Below, piece after piece: positions 1-8,140 of a DNA stretch of 32,000 nucleotides. The position numbers were made by a program, and so were the translations under genes. Source of the DNA: an uncultured archaeon (GTDB lineage: Archaea; Micrarchaeota; Micrarchaeia; Micrarchaeales; CABMGC01); contig OY969902.1 in assembly GCA_963704435.1 (NCBI GenBank), positions 540,001 to 572,000 of the forward strand, in the 5' to 3' direction. Position 1 is the stretch's first letter. Each line of letters starts with the position of its first letter. The notes under the pieces were generated by a model. That model saw only the letters and a list, made by a program, of their open reading frames with translations, was not told the DNA's origin and ran no database searches.

Positions 1-75
1 AGCAAAAATGAGGCAAATGCCTTTAAGCTATTACTGCGTTAAAATTATTTAAACGTTGCTTTGCGGGCGTATGGC

Positions 76-663
76 ATGGATTTCTGGGGAATTTACAAAA
101 ATTCGGAGATGTCTCCGGGTTTCGGGCAGGCGAGGCTGACGCTCTGCGCGAGGGACAGGATACATATTTCCAACTCCGCGATCGCGGATTACTGCACCCC
201 GATTGGGCCGGACACCGGATTCTCCAGGAAATACGACGAGAGGTCGAGGTACGTCCTCGCCGGGGACCTGACCTATGACCTGCTGGTCTCGATTTACGAC
301 GTGAATTCATCGCGCGCCTTCCTGCTGAGACTATCCAATCCCCTGAGCGAGATCGCGTTCAAGAGAGTGGCGGCCACCATTAAATCGCTGGCCAGGCCCA
401 ACCTCGAGATGCGCGTCATAGGATTGCAGAACGGCGCCACGGGTCCGCTGGGAACGGTGCGCGAGCTGATCAAGCATGCGAAGTTCAGCCTGCAGGAGGT
501 CGACATCTTCGGCGTGGAGATGAGGAACGTGGCGTTCGACCTCAAGCAGGGGATGGCGTTCGACGTGCTCCTTCTCGACAGGCCGTACGCCAGGGGCGAG
601 CTGGTCAACAAGGCGAAGAGGGAGGAGTTCGACGCCAAGAAGTCGGAGTTCAAGCTCCAGTAG
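76..663 (+). CDS. hypothetical protein, no family recognised
   Basis: The track frame is open over 61..663. The first ATG is at 76, about 25-30 nt downstream of an A/T-rich TATA-like box (aaattatttaaac, about 41-53), which suggests a leaderless start. I can assign no catalytic or binding motif. Confidence 0.5.
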   Translation: MDFWGIYKNSEMSPGFGQARLTLCARDRIHISNSAIADYCTPIGPDTGFSRKYDERSRYVLAGDLTYDLLVSIYDVNSSRAFLLRLSNPLSEIAFKRVAATIKSLARPNLEMRVIGLQNGATGPLGTVRELIKHAKFSLQEVDIFGVEMRNVAFDLKQGMAFDVLLLDRPYARGELVNKAKREEFDAKKSEFKLQ

Positions 664-1216
664 CAGGGGGCGGGGACTGCAGCTTCAGCTCGAGCAGGTC
701 GGTGTAGACCGGACCCTCAGCGCCAAGCACGCTCTTCTTGAGGACCACTGACCTGGCCTCGAAGGAACCGAAGTCGGTCTGCGCGCGCTCGTTTATAGCG
801 CGCAGCAGTTCCTGGCGGTCCCTGACGCGCTTCGCCCTGGCCACGGTCATGTGCGGCGTGAAGCTTTCCTCTTCGAAGGCGATGCCGCCCTTGGAAAGCG
901 CGTCGCAGAGCCTCTGCCGCAGCTCGAGCAGTTCGGCAGCGCCCTCCTTCACCTCGGCGAACACGATCTTTATGAAATCTGGAGAGAAGCATGAGACCCC
1001 CTTCAGGGAAATCCTGAAAGGCCGGAATTCCACGCCGCTGATCGCCGATGCCGCCCTTTCTGCATCGCCTTCGCTTATCTCTCCGAGGAACAGCAGCGTA
1101 AGGTGGACCGCCTCCCTCTTCGCGAATACCAATCCCGGGAAGGCCATGCCGTACTTCAGGTCCTCGACCTTGTCCTTCACCTCGGCAGGCACATCGATCG
1201 CTATAAACGCCCTCAC
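650..1216 (-). CDS. thpR: RNA 2',3'-cyclic phosphodiesterase / 2'-5' RNA ligase (2H phosphoesterase, LigT/ThpR family)
   Basis: 188 aa with the two H-x-T/S-x motifs of the 2H superfamily (HLTLLFLG and HMTVARA) at typical spacing. Size fits LigT/ThpR. Its 3' end overlaps the convergent gene 76..663 by 14 nt. Confidence 0.8.
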   Translation of the reverse strand: MRAFIAIDVPAEVKDKVEDLKYGMAFPGLVFAKREAVHLTLLFLGEISEGDAERAASAISGVEFRPFRISLKGVSCFSPDFIKIVFAEVKEGAAELLELRQRLCDALSKGGIAFEEESFTPHMTVARAKRVRDRQELLRAINERAQTDFGSFEARSVVLKKSVLGAEGPVYTDLLELKLQSPPPATGA

Positions 1217-1238
1217 ATGAAAACCTATTAATCCTCAA

Positions 1239-1606
1239 ATGGCTATTCCTGTTATGCTTCAGGAAGACGGGATTAAAAAGATTAGCCTATTGGAGTTCGC
1301 GGGCGCCGATATCAGGGTGGGCAGGATACTCGATGTGAGGGACCATGAGGGCGCCAGGAAGCCGATGTACGTGCTCTCCGTGGGATTCGGCGCCGAGATC
1401 GGGTCAGGCAGATCGTTGCAGGCATAAGGGAGTTCTACACCAAGGAAGAGCTTATCGGCAAGAAGGTGGTCTGCGTGGTGAACCTCGATCCGAAATCGAT
1501 CGCCGGGGTGGAGTCGGAGGGAATGGTGCTCGCCGCTGAGGGCGGAGATGGGGTATCCCTGCTCGTTCCTGACAGGGACCTTGAGGAGGGCAGCAGGGTG
1601 CGCTGA
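1239..1606 (+). pseudogene. CsaA/Trbp111-like tRNA-binding (EMAP/OB-fold) protein, interrupted by a 1-nt frameshift
   Basis: Frame 1 (1239..1427) reads ...ADIRVGRILDVRDHEGARKPMYVLSVGFGAEIGSGRS and stops at TAA 1425. The adjacent frame continues (Q)IVAGIREFYTKEELIGKKVVCVVNLDPKSIAGVESEGMVLAAEGGDGVSLLVPDRDLEEGSRVR to TGA 1604..1606. Joined, the two parts give a full-length tRNA-binding domain of about 122 aa. The switch point lies somewhere within 1401-1425. Confidence 0.75.
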
Positions 1607-2194
1607 ATGGTGATAGCGGTGACGGGGATGCCGGGCGCTGGCAAGAGCGAGGTCGGCAGGGCGCTTGGCAGGATGGGCTACCGCGTCTACGAGCTCGGCG
1701 ACGTGGTCAGGGAGATGATGAGGGAGGGCGGGGTTCCCGCCACGCGCAAGTCGACCGCAGAGTTCGCAATCATGATAAGGAAGAAATATGGAAAGCTCGT
1801 GACCATGAAAAGGCTACTGGACACGCTGAAACTAAAGCGCGGTGACAAGGTGGCGATCGTCGGGGTCAGGAGCGGCGTGGAGGAAGCATACATAAAGAAG
1901 AGGACTGGAGCTACCGCCATCGCGGTCGTTGCGCCGCTCGGCCTTAGGTTCAGGAGAATAAGGGCGAGGGGAAGGTACGACGCGCCGAAGACGCTTAAGG
2001 AGATGGGCGACAGGGACCGCAGGGAGATTGGCTTTGGGATCCTGGCCGCCATAAGGGGAGCGGATTATGTCGTTGCTGGCGACGGGACGGTCGCAGAGCT
2101 GAGAAAATACATTGCTGAGATAGTCGAATCGATAGGCGATGAGGGGCGCAGAGCGCCAAGAGGGATAAAAGCCGGGAAGGCAAAGGGATTTTAA
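1607..2194 (+). CDS. UPF0200-type P-loop nucleotide kinase (dephospho-CoA-kinase-like fold)
   Basis: Walker A motif GMPGAGKS at the N-terminus. The motifs LGDVVRE..., RFRRIRARGRYDAPKT and DRDRREIGFG match the archaeal UPF0200 pattern as I remember it. The ATG directly follows the upstream TGA (tgaatg). Confidence 0.6.
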   Translation: MVIAVTGMPGAGKSEVGRALGRMGYRVYELGDVVREMMREGGVPATRKSTAEFAIMIRKKYGKLVTMKRLLDTLKLKRGDKVAIVGVRSGVEEAYIKKRTGATAIAVVAPLGLRFRRIRARGRYDAPKTLKEMGDRDRREIGFGILAAIRGADYVVAGDGTVAELRKYIAEIVESIGDEGRRAPRGIKAGKAKGF

Positions 2195-2223
2195 CTTTTA
2201 ACATACAGTCATTTATCGATCAT

Positions 2224-3072
2224 ATGGCGACCTTACGCGGCGGCCTTTCCACCATCGCGCTGCTCCTGGCGGCGTTTGCGCTAGTGTCCGTTTCCAGCGC
2301 GACCTATCTGCAGATAGAGGGGCCCATAAGCACCCAACTGCTCAACAACGGCAGCATATACCTCGGGAAGGTCGGTCCCGGTGAGAGCTTCTACGTGCTG
2401 GCTTCCGCTACGACCACAAACCAGTCGGGCACTTCGGTGAACGTTGGCTGGGATACGCTTACCGCGGTGACTCTTCCAAACGGATGGTCCTCGCAGGCGT
2501 CCCCCCTGTACGAGAATCCGATGAAGATGAAAGTCACCGTGTCGCCCTACGCCAAGAACGGGACCTACCAGCTTACCCTGCGAGCGGTCAACGTAGGAAA
2601 CTACTCCAGGCTGGGAAACCTCACGATAAACGCGTATGTCAATGTTACGCCAAACGTCTTCACGGCACAGGTCGGCCCGTCGGTTTTGGTCGCTGGAGTG
2701 GGCCAGCCCGTGAATCTTAACATAAAGCTGAACAACACGGGCGCGTCCGACGACCCGTTCATGATAGACGCTTACGGTCTGCCTGCATGGAAGTCACCTG
2801 TCGAAGTGATTGCCGCACACTCGACCGAGAACAGCTACGCATACCCTGTGTTCGCCGATGAGCCCGGTACGTATTTCTTCAACCTCACCATAAACTCGAC
2901 GACGAGCCACTTGGTGCAAAAATCGTATGCCGAGGAACTTGACGTGCGCGCGAGCCTGCTCAACGACTACGGGGCCACTGGGCAGGGTGTCGTGCTGTCC
3001 CCGATAATCTACGAGCCTGCATACGCGCTGATGCTGCTCCTGAAGGGCGCATATGCGCTGGTATTCAAGTAG
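2224..3072 (+). CDS. secreted/surface glycoprotein candidate (N-terminal signal or anchor, C-terminal hydrophobic tail)
   Basis: Hydrophobic N-terminus LSTIALLLAAFALVSVSSA, about 9 N-x-S/T sequons, and a C-terminal hydrophobic segment YALMLLLKGAYALVFK. No enzymatic motif. Confidence 0.55.
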   Translation: MATLRGGLSTIALLLAAFALVSVSSATYLQIEGPISTQLLNNGSIYLGKVGPGESFYVLASATTTNQSGTSVNVGWDTLTAVTLPNGWSSQASPLYENPMKMKVTVSPYAKNGTYQLTLRAVNVGNYSRLGNLTINAYVNVTPNVFTAQVGPSVLVAGVGQPVNLNIKLNNTGASDDPFMIDAYGLPAWKSPVEVIAAHSTENSYAYPVFADEPGTYFFNLTINSTTSHLVQKSYAEELDVRASLLNDYGATGQGVVLSPIIYEPAYALMLLLKGAYALVFK

Positions 3073-3087
3073 CGCCTGCGGGATAGC

Positions 3088-3768
3088 ATGCCAAAGAGCA
3101 AAAAAGAGGGGAAGGAAGGCATATTCTACGTGAGGGCGCGATCGCTGGGCGACGTGATGAGGTGCGCCTGCAAGTTCGATTACACCTCGGACCCGCTTCT
3201 CCTTTGCAAGACAGGAAAAGAAACCCGGCTCATTGCCATGGGCTCGAAGATAGGGGACGCGACACTGGCGTATTATGTTGCGGTGAGGGGAGCGAAGCGT
3301 CTGGCACTGTACGCGCCTGCGTCCGAGGGCAAGCCCGAGAGCGCGACGTTCGTGGACAGGGCGGATCCGCTCGTCAGGTACTATCTCAGCGTGATAGGCG
3401 CGGACCTGAGAGAAATCAGGACATTGAAGGAGGTGGATAAGAAAGCGGCGGTCCTTGTGAAGATCGAAAATACCTCCGACCTCATCGGATTCGCGATAAA
3501 GAAGGCAGCAAAGGATGAATCACTCTCGCAGCTGTTCTCGTTTGACTGGAAAGGGAGGAGGGTCGTTGGGGCGTTCAACCTTGTCGACGGCCTCGCGGAC
3601 GGCAAAACCGCTTTCTACTACTCATTCTGCGAAGAGAAGACGCTGGGCTTCGCAAGATACGACTACAGGGAGGACAGGGTCGACTTCTCGGACAGCATGG
3701 GCGAGCACGCTTACATGTACGCCAAGGTCGTCAACCTGGCAGAGCCCTTCCCGTTCTTCAAGCCCTGA
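3088..3768 (+). CDS. hypothetical protein
   Basis: 226-aa open frame with backbone-like composition, co-oriented with and 15 nt after the upstream gene. No recognisable motif. Confidence 0.5.
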   Translation: MPKSKKEGKEGIFYVRARSLGDVMRCACKFDYTSDPLLLCKTGKETRLIAMGSKIGDATLAYYVAVRGAKRLALYAPASEGKPESATFVDRADPLVRYYLSVIGADLREIRTLKEVDKKAAVLVKIENTSDLIGFAIKKAAKDESLSQLFSFDWKGRRVVGAFNLVDGLADGKTAFYYSFCEEKTLGFARYDYREDRVDFSDSMGEHAYMYAKVVNLAEPFPFFKP

Positions 3769-3817
3769 TGAAAAATGCGATAGGCTTATTATTCATTTGC
3801 GGCTTAAGCTACTCTGT

Positions 3818-3889
3818 GCCCGAATAGCTCAGCGGTAGAGCGACCGGCTGTTAACCGGTAGGTCGCAGGTTCAATCCCTGCTTCGGGCG
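3818..3889 (+). tRNA. tRNA-Asn(GTT), intronless
   Basis: Hand-folded cloverleaf. Acceptor GCCCGAA/TTCGGGC, D arm GCTC-AGCGGTA-GAGC, anticodon arm ACCGG-CTGTTAA-CCGGT, T arm GCAGG-TTCAATC-CCTGC, discriminator G. No encoded CCA. A/T-rich box about 30 nt upstream. Confidence 0.9.
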
Positions 3890-3896
3890 CTCCGAG

Positions 3897-4424
3897 TCAT
3901 CCGTATTTCTCAATAAATTCATCAAATGGCTGCGCGGCCGAAACGACTTTTACGCACAGCCCTATGGCGCGCTTAGACAGCTGCTCGTTGTTACTTTCTT
4001 CACAGTTTAACGGTTTCCCGTGCCGGGTAAAATTGGTTATTATCACGGTTTTCCCGTCAATTACCCAGAACTGTTTCGTCAGGTCCCAACCTTCGGAGAT
4101 TTTCTGGAAGTCCCTTAGGGGGATGACACAAAATTTCTCGCCGAAGACCCTGAGATAAGCGTTTGACTTGATTAGATACCTTCTCATTTCATCGGTAAGG
4201 GGGGTGTCGCATAATTGTATTTGCATTACCTCTTTTCCTTCCTTTACCGCCCTGCCCGCAATATCTCTCCATTGCGTGCCTAGCTTCTTTTCTTCGTCCT
4301 TGCTCAGATTAAAGGAGTAGTCCTGAACCGTGCAGACCTCTACCGCGCTTTCCATTTTTGAAAAGTATTTCTTGAGCAATTCATTGAAATTGTACGCGCG
4401 CTCGAAATCGCTCATTTGAAACAT
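3897..4424 (-). CDS. hypothetical protein; from memory resembles the DUF6879 family (tentative)
   Basis: 175 aa, low GC (hand counts 43-47%). The segments ...TPLTDEMRRYL..., ...QFWVIDGKTVIITNFTRHGKP... and the C-terminal ...AAQPFDEFIEKYG recall the DUF6879 pattern. This is not verified. Confidence 0.45.
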   Translation of the reverse strand: MFQMSDFERAYNFNELLKKYFSKMESAVEVCTVQDYSFNLSKDEEKKLGTQWRDIAGRAVKEGKEVMQIQLCDTPLTDEMRRYLIKSNAYLRVFGEKFCVIPLRDFQKISEGWDLTKQFWVIDGKTVIITNFTRHGKPLNCEESNNEQLSKRAIGLCVKVVSAAQPFDEFIEKYG

Positions 4425-4496
4425 CCAATATTAAAATCTAAAAGAAACGGAAATTTGGTTGTGGCTAAGATTGGGATACCCAAACCTGAAGGAAGA

Positions 4497-4652
4497 CTAG
4501 GCCCCGCCTATCTTGAACATCTTCGTTCCGCAGACCGCGCAGGTTCCTGACTTCGCCTTCTTCCCGTTCTTCATGGTAACCTCCTTCGCGTCCTTCATCT
4601 CCCTCTTCTGCTTGCATTTCATGCAATAGCCTTCCATCATATCGCCAGACAT
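4497..4652 (-). CDS. small zinc-ribbon protein, DUF5679-like (51 aa); absent from the ORF track
   Basis: The reverse-strand frame reads MSGDMMEGYCMKCKQKREMKDAKEVTMKNGKKAKSGTCAVCGTKMFKIGGA*. It has C-x2-C ... C-x2-C spacing and the CMKCK..EMKD...VTMKNG....G.C..CGTKMFKI signature. A TATA-like tttaataa lies about 20 nt upstream of the ATG. Confidence 0.7.
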   Translation of the reverse strand: MSGDMMEGYCMKCKQKREMKDAKEVTMKNGKKAKSGTCAVCGTKMFKIGGA

Positions 4653-4748
4653 ATACTACCCTTCATTATTAAACAGCTTTCGCATGTTTGGCTTACAGGG
4701 GATTCTTATGAATCTAGGTCGCGGCTTCCGAATTGGCTGCTGAAGTGA

Positions 4749-5369
4749 TCATAAATTCAGTACGGTAGTCTCAATCGCGATCTTGACCGCCCTCTCCATA
4801 GTCTTCTCGTCCATGCTTGGCAATTCAGACTTCAGCGCATAATGAATTTTGAGATCGATAGCTTGCCTGTAGCTCAGGGGCAGATGTATGAAACCCGCAT
4901 GCCTTATTTTGAATTTGGCAGCGAGTTTCATCGTCTCGTAGAAAACCTCGTTGGACACGTAGGTATCAGGCCAGAACGAGAACTCGGCAGGTATGCCGCT
5001 ATCCTGCAGAGAGTCCCTTATCTCCCTTGCCGGGAGGGTGGAGAAGTAGGCCGGCTGCCCGCCTTCATGCAGCGGCTCGTCCAATTCCTCCTTGTCATTC
5101 CTGAAGTAATAGCGATTCAGAGCGACCCTTTCGATAATTATGCAGCCCGCTTTAGTGCGAAGGCCTAGCGCCAGCACGGCTACGGGTTTGTACTTTTTAA
5201 CATAGCCCTCAAGGACGCTTCTGACCTCCTTGTGCACGACAGGCAAGACTCTGCCCACTATCCTCTTGCCCATCACATTTTTGCCGTCGAGCCGGTTCGC
5301 AATCCTTTCGGAAGGGTTGTAGGAGTAGCTCAGGAAGGGCTGGAACCCGGTTAGCAGCACATTGTCCAT
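4749..5369 (-). CDS. pcp: pyrrolidone-carboxylate (pyroglutamyl) peptidase I homologue with Ser at the catalytic Cys position
   Basis: Contains LLTGFQPF, NPSERIA, IIERVALN (catalytic Glu), QPAYFSTLP, GIPA and GFIHLP (catalytic His). The nucleophile motif reads DTYVSNEVFY rather than ...C N.... The Ser codon is TCC (plus strand gga, 4953..4955). Confidence 0.75.
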   Translation of the reverse strand: MDNVLLTGFQPFLSYSYNPSERIANRLDGKNVMGKRIVGRVLPVVHKEVRSVLEGYVKKYKPVAVLALGLRTKAGCIIIERVALNRYYFRNDKEELDEPLHEGGQPAYFSTLPAREIRDSLQDSGIPAEFSFWPDTYVSNEVFYETMKLAAKFKIRHAGFIHLPLSYRQAIDLKIHYALKSELPSMDEKTMERAVKIAIETTVLNL

Positions 5370-5391
5370 GGTCTAGATCGGCATAATCAAA

Positions 5392-6672
5392 TTAAATATG
5401 CTGTGTTTTCCCCGCTTTCAGACTACCGGCGACTTTTGCTGCGTCCATCTTAAGCGCCTTATTCTGCATGAGAATCTCGCCACCGATTATCGTGGTATCC
5501 ACGTTCAGACCTTCAATCGAGTACACGATGTTCGAGACGATGTTGCCTTGGGAGAGAGGGAGCCCGTTGGGCACGGGGTCTATGAGAATAAGATCAGCCA
5601 GCTTGCCTACCTCAACGCTCCCAAGGTCCTTTTCCTTTCCTAGAGCCCTCGCGCCCGCGAGGGTAGCCGAGTCCAGGGCCTTCAGCGCGGACATCCTGGT
5701 GGGGTTCCCGCTCTCGTTCTTCTGCAGCAGTGCAGAGACCTTCATCACCTGGAACATATCGAGGTTGTTGTTGCTCGAGACGCTGTCCGTGCCTAGCGCG
5801 GTCGTGATGCCGCCGTCTAGGAATGCCGCGACCGGCGCGGCGGGGCCGTTCCCGAGCTTCATGTTGCTCACTGGATTATGGGATACGCTGACTCCCTCGC
5901 CTCCTAGCAGCGCTATCTCTCGCGGAGTGACATAGACGGTATGCACGGATACCAGGTTACTGCTAAGGAATCCTATCTTGCCCATGTGCTCCACCGGAGT
6001 CGCCCCGCGCTTCTTCTTGCACTCGCTTACTTCCTTCCTTGTCTCGGCTACGTGCATCGGAAGCACCTTGTTCGCCTTGCGCGCGAAGTCCATCCCCTTC
6101 ATTAGCGTATCATCGCTGCAGACATAGATTCCCTGCATACCGATAGTGTGCTCGACGCGCTTGCTGCCTGGTTTGGATTCGGCGAACCTCTTCGCATTTG
6201 TGAGCGGATCCCCCTTCTGCGTGGTAAACTCCCTGTCCAGCGCGACCCAGGCGAGCACCGCCCTTATTCCGGAATCCGCGGCTGCCTGCGAGATAACGTC
6301 CTCGTCGTAGTAGAGGTCAAGTATCGCAGTAGTCCCGAACCGTATCGACTCAAGCATCCCCAGCAGTGCGCTGCCGTAGACGTCCTCCCTAGTCCTATTG
6401 GTGGCATCGAACCTGAAGGTCGTTTCAAGAAAGCGGTCGAGGGAAACGTCGTCGACGAGCCCCCTCAATGGGCTCATGGCTATGTGGGTGTGAGTGTTTA
6501 CCAGCCCGGGAGCGAGAATCTTCCCGGTCCCATCTATCCTGTGCTCCGCCCTTACGCCCAGGTTCTTCCCGACATCGGCTATCCTGTCTCCTTCTATGTA
6601 TACGTCCTCCCTGGCGATTGATCTCTCGGAATCCTGCGTGACGACCCAGGAGTTCTTGATTAGTACGCTCAT
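5392..6672 (-). CDS. metal-dependent amidohydrolase, MTA/SAH-deaminase (MtaD)-like
   Basis: 426 aa. The N-terminal pattern IKN..VV...........D..IEG.RI..VG is present, as is the metal-binding PGLVNTHTHIAMS..RG. The later HxxE-like and TDS motifs are typical of the chlorohydrolase/deaminase subgroup. Confidence 0.7.
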   Translation of the reverse strand: MSVLIKNSWVVTQDSERSIAREDVYIEGDRIADVGKNLGVRAEHRIDGTGKILAPGLVNTHTHIAMSPLRGLVDDVSLDRFLETTFRFDATNRTREDVYGSALLGMLESIRFGTTAILDLYYDEDVISQAAADSGIRAVLAWVALDREFTTQKGDPLTNAKRFAESKPGSKRVEHTIGMQGIYVCSDDTLMKGMDFARKANKVLPMHVAETRKEVSECKKKRGATPVEHMGKIGFLSSNLVSVHTVYVTPREIALLGGEGVSVSHNPVSNMKLGNGPAAPVAAFLDGGITTALGTDSVSSNNNLDMFQVMKVSALLQKNESGNPTRMSALKALDSATLAGARALGKEKDLGSVEVGKLADLILIDPVPNGLPLSQGNIVSNIVYSIEGLNVDTTIIGGEILMQNKALKMDAAKVAGSLKAGKTQHI

Positions 6673-6699
6673 TGAATCCGAATAGGTTCCGATTCCAGC

Positions 6700-7377
6700 T
6701 TATTTATGTGTGCCGATTCGCGCATCTCTATCGTTTATGGGATATACTGCCTGCTGCTCTGGGTCGAGCGTCATCAATCCGTAAGGCTTTGCGGTGCTCA
6801 AATACGCATTGGGGTGTTCCGCCCGCTTAGTTCGTGGCAGGTGACGGTGATCACCATCGAAATAGAGCTTCAACGCCACTGCATCCGGAGCAGATTTGCG
6901 AACTGAGCTTTCCGCCTGCTTATACATTTCCGCCAGGGACTGTCCCTTATCAATGATGACTCTGACTGGCGAAAGTGATTTTAGATTTGTAGAAAGCTCT
7001 GTCGGAATTATCGTTCCTTCGACGATTTCTCCTAGAATGCGCACCTTTTGCGGAGCAATAAAGGTATTTGCCACGCCGATCAGGCGGCTGCCGTCAACAT
7101 GTGCGGCGCACTGCTGAATGCTGGCGAGCGTAGGATAGAGCAGTGCTGTTTGTATCGTTTTCTCTGATCTGTCGCGGGGCGGCAACAGTTTAAGTCTGCT
7201 CTCATGGAGCTCAGTTCCGCTAAGATTAGCCATACCGCGATTGACTAAGGTGTCTATGTCCACCCTTAAGCAGCCCGCCAACACCAGTCCGGCTGCGCGA
7301 TCTTCTCTTAAGAATGTCGTTAAGCTATCCGCAGATACCTGAGGTACTCCAAAAACAACAGCCATTCCATCTGTCAT
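6700..7377 (-). CDS. hypothetical protein (orphan, low GC)
   Basis: 225-aa open frame. Hand counts of lines give 40-48% GC. No motif recognised. Confidence 0.45.
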   Translation of the reverse strand: MTDGMAVVFGVPQVSADSLTTFLREDRAAGLVLAGCLRVDIDTLVNRGMANLSGTELHESRLKLLPPRDRSEKTIQTALLYPTLASIQQCAAHVDGSRLIGVANTFIAPQKVRILGEIVEGTIIPTELSTNLKSLSPVRVIIDKGQSLAEMYKQAESSVRKSAPDAVALKLYFDGDHRHLPRTKRAEHPNAYLSTAKPYGLMTLDPEQQAVYPINDRDARIGTHK

Positions 7378-7504
7378 TAAACCACAAAGGTTAGTTCTGC
7401 CTCTCCCTATTTAAAAATTATGCCCGAAACTTTAATTTGACGTAATCCGGAACGTCGGAATGCGTATGCGAAATCATATATTGTTTTAGTGTCATTTTTA
7501 ACTT

Positions 7505-8050
7505 ATGAAGAAGGACATGCGAATACTGCTGTTCAGCAACTACCTGAATACATTCGGCTACTCGCTATTCGGACCGCTATACTCCTTGTTCGTACTCAGA
7601 GTGGGCGGATCCGCATTTACGGCTGGAGCCACGTGGAGCGCCTACATGCTGGCTGCAGGCGTGTTCATATTCCTATTTGGAAAGTTCGGCGACGTCTTCG
7701 CCTCTCACAGGAAAGGGATAATCGTAGCGGGATATTTCGTGCTCGCCTTCGGCGCATTGTCCTTTATCCTGGTCAGGAACACGTTCGACATCTATCTGGT
7801 GCAGATCTTCAACGCATTAGGGGTTGGCATGCTCACCCCAATATGGCAGGCCGCGTACTCGAAGACACCATACAAGGGAAGGGAAGCAGAGGGATGGGCG
7901 CTTTTTGACGGAGCGGACTACATCCTTATCGCAGTTGCCGCGTTCCTTGGAGGAGCCTATGTCACATATTTCTCATTCACGAACCTGTTCATTGCCATAT
8001 TCTTCATCCAGATGGTCGCTGCGTTTATATCGGTAAAATTACTGGATTAG
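7505..8050 (+). CDS. half-size MFS-like membrane protein (six predicted TM helices)
   Basis: 181 aa with six hydrophobic segments. An MFS motif-A-like loop (GKFGDVFASHRKG) follows TM2. There is no second six-helix half downstream, as the stop at 8048..8050 is followed by a promoter-like spacer. Confidence 0.55.
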   Translation: MKKDMRILLFSNYLNTFGYSLFGPLYSLFVLRVGGSAFTAGATWSAYMLAAGVFIFLFGKFGDVFASHRKGIIVAGYFVLAFGALSFILVRNTFDIYLVQIFNALGVGMLTPIWQAAYSKTPYKGREAEGWALFDGADYILIAVAAFLGGAYVTYFSFTNLFIAIFFIQMVAAFISVKLLD

Positions 8051-8140
8051 CGATGCCCGCATTGCATACGAACCTTAAGCGAGTCTCCCTTTCCACTAGC
8101 CTTTAAATTATTTCCCGTCCATTTATACTATAACGATTTG

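Noticed and set aside
76-663. Possible CheD-like deamidase resemblance of the first ORF (pattern ...RVIGLQNG....L.EVDIFG...R.V.FD.K.G...)
   Set aside because: It is only a loose pattern similarity from memory. No catalytic Cys/His context can be aligned and there are no chemotaxis genes nearby. The gene is left as hypothetical.
717-1238. ORFs 717..1238 (minus) and 738..1220 (plus) overlapping thpR
   Set aside because: They are alternative frames of the thpR locus with Arg/Gly- or Ser-rich junk composition. The thpR frame carries the diagnostic 2H motifs.
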